Program-made: the position numbers and the translations under genes | Origin: Tubiluchus corallicola | Lineage: Eukaryota; Animalia; Priapulida | Reading direction: 5' to 3' | Length of the DNA: 64,000 nt | NCBI GenBank assembly: GCA_030141605.1 | Contig: JAQGDQ010000028.1 | Span: forward strand, 496,001-560,000 | The notes under the pieces: model-generated | Seen by the model: the letters and a program-made list of their open reading frames with translations, nothing else | What the model was told of the DNA's origin: nothing | The model's database searches: none | Shown: positions 61,601 to 64,000 of the stretch, piece after piece | Layout: each line of letters opens with the position of its first letter | Numbering within the stretch: position 1 is the stretch's first letter

Positions 61601-64000
61601 TGAAGAACAAAGTACAGTTAATCCTTGTTTTTATTCATGAACGACTTCAAACCAATTCACTAAAAATGTGCAACTGATGTTACATTACAATCTTTACATA
61701 ATTCACCTGTAAATTTACATTTTTCATTATCATAATTATTTACATTTGAGATTGCTCATCCTCTATATATGAGAAACGAGACAAAAAGATTTAAAATTAT
61801 TGTGCACGTGTGGCGTCTGTTTTGTAAATGCGTCATAATTGTAAAAGGTACTGTCCATATAATGTACTGTATTCATTGTTACAATTGTTATTGTTGTTTC
61901 TACATCGTCTGTTATAAAGTTTGCTAATGCATAGTTGTATTGTGGTATTGTAATGCAGTAACGTAGAGTCTACTCTCTGTTAATGGTGTCGTATACTTGA
62001 TTTCATTGTTAGTATATGTAGTCCAAGTGTGCAGATTTTGTAGCGTTTTCTTATAATTGCCGTGAATTGTTTGCAACATTTGCAGTTTGTATTGTCCATA
62101 CAGTATTATTCAAGTCTCGTCTAGTTATATTACTATGTACACGTGGTTAGTCTGAAATTTACCAAAACACCACACAGTCTGTACTAGTCAGTCAATTGGC
62201 CTACAGCATTTTTTCTTTTAACAATATTTTTCAAACTCATTTCGTTTTCAGCAACCACCCTTGTAAGCCTCACGTTCAGGACCTTCATAATTAAAATTGC
62301 GAGTGTTTACCGGTTCATTAAGAAATGATTTACAAAAGTACATCTGCTGGTCACAATTGTTTACGTTTTGCGCTGGACATTTTGATTTATTAAACATGTT
62401 TCAAGAAATTATGAAAAGATATCTATAGTGCGTTCAGAAAAATAATAGGATAGGCGCACGTGATTATGGCTCTAGATTTGCCTGCACTTGATCTTAAATG
62501 TAATTTTAACCATGAAGCTCCACTTCACAAGAGCTCCGCCCACATAACTAGTATTGCATAAAAATGCCTTGCTGCACGTGTACATAGTCGTTATGCGTCA
62601 TAATGACACCTAAACCGTCGTCGTTTTTGTCTAACGTCATCATCTGTTATTAGTGTACATCGAAAAATTATTGTTTATTTTGCAAAATGTTTTACCAACA
62701 GAAAAGGTTTCTGCTATTGTGACTGTTGAGAGTTTATACTTGCTTTGATTAAAATTGCAGTTGTTGCGTTACGTTTATCTTAACCAATATTTTATCTAAT
62801 CAATATAGTATTGTCGTACTTCACTATTTATTTTTCATAATATTCATAATTATCATAATTAATTATAGCAAGTGCAAATTGCATTAAGAAAAATAAATTT
62901 TGCATGGTTGAAAAACTGATTTAGCGTATCATTATGTCATTAGTTCAGCAAAGGTTAATCGACCATTAGATGCGCGTGACAGCGCGTTTGGCGTGCTTGC
63001 TTATGCAGGTATGTACCCGTGTGTGAATATCATTTGCATTAATTTGTAATTTATTTAGTAATAAATTTCTTATTCAGCGCGATCCTCATTAACATTTATG
63101 CATTACGATCACACAGCCGTTACGCCTATTGCTGTGGTTTATGTAGCATATCATTCAAAGACAACACTAAGCACTTAAACGTCTGTCAGCCATTCACAAT
63201 CGATGATCACAAATGTGACATATGTCAAAAAAGAATTTGCACATCCGTAGAGGAGATAGTATGATGGGCTGTTGGGGTGAGTTGGGCTAGTTGCAAGTTT
63301 GTTGTTGCTTAGGCCAAGTTGGACGATTTCACACTTGTTTTTTCAAAACAAAAATTAAATGTATTTGTTGATAATATTAATTGCAGATCAATGTAGACTG
63401 CTTAAAGAAACGCTTTCTTTATCATCAGTGCAACAAATTGTTAAATTCAAAAAATATTTAAGAATTCTTAAGGGACAGGAATGATAGGAATTAAATGTGA
63501 TCTGTGTAACGAAAGCTTTTGCAGAAAAGAAAATTTTTCGCTACTCACAGAGGAAAGAACCCTTATAATGTAATGTAAAGTACCTTGTATTTATGCAGTT
63601 TTTCACTCCTGGAAGCTTGTTAATAGTATGGTCATAACACTATTCATGTTTAGAGGTTTATTATACTCTTGAAATAACAGCATGATTATGAACTTTCGTA
63701 GTAGTTTCTCTAGTAATGCTTTTAGCTTATGTTTGCAAAGTGGGTTGAAAGTGTTTTTAGAGACCGAGTACATAATCGACTTAGTGACCAACTCTACCGC
63801 TATGGTTAGGTAGTATATTTATCACAAATCATGAGACTGTAGAATACCTCTCATTTCTCAATTGTATCCATGGTTTATCACCTGAAAATATGAGCAGTCA
63901 CGTTGTTAGTCTTCTGTACAGCTTTTGATACGCTGCCTTCCTTTGTGTGCCTTGATATCGACCAAAAACTGTAGCAATAAAGCACGTATTTTTATATTGG

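Overview
AT-rich, intron-containing invertebrate animal genomic DNA with no prokaryotic features; the ORF track is mostly fragments and noise. By reading GT-AG junctions and frame phases I reconstruct four genes. (1) SRF (MADS-box serum response factor) on the minus strand: 6 exons visible, 3' end beyond the window, perfect CArG box in its own upstream region. (2) A divergent Vsx/Chx10-type homeobox+CVC gene on the plus strand (5 coding exons, ~320 aa), head-to-head with SRF. (3,4) Two tandem paralogous secreted, membrane-anchored ZP-domain (cuticlin/dusky-like) genes with 10 coding exons each (~650 and ~593 aa). Both carry Gly/His/Tyr low-complexity blocks between ZP-N and ZP-C and just before the furin site, and their TM/tail exon segment is almost identical. 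Between the genes are a decayed ~4.2 kb LINE bounded on both sides by (GA)n, other LINE 3' fragments, several MITE/fold-back elements, tRNA- and 5S-derived SINE remnants, TTAGGG-containing interspersed elements and many microsatellites. The best novelty candidate is the Gly/His-rich ZP protein pair, with its homogenised anchor and upstream nuclear-receptor half-sites. All gene models were made by eye and need RNA-seq confirmation.
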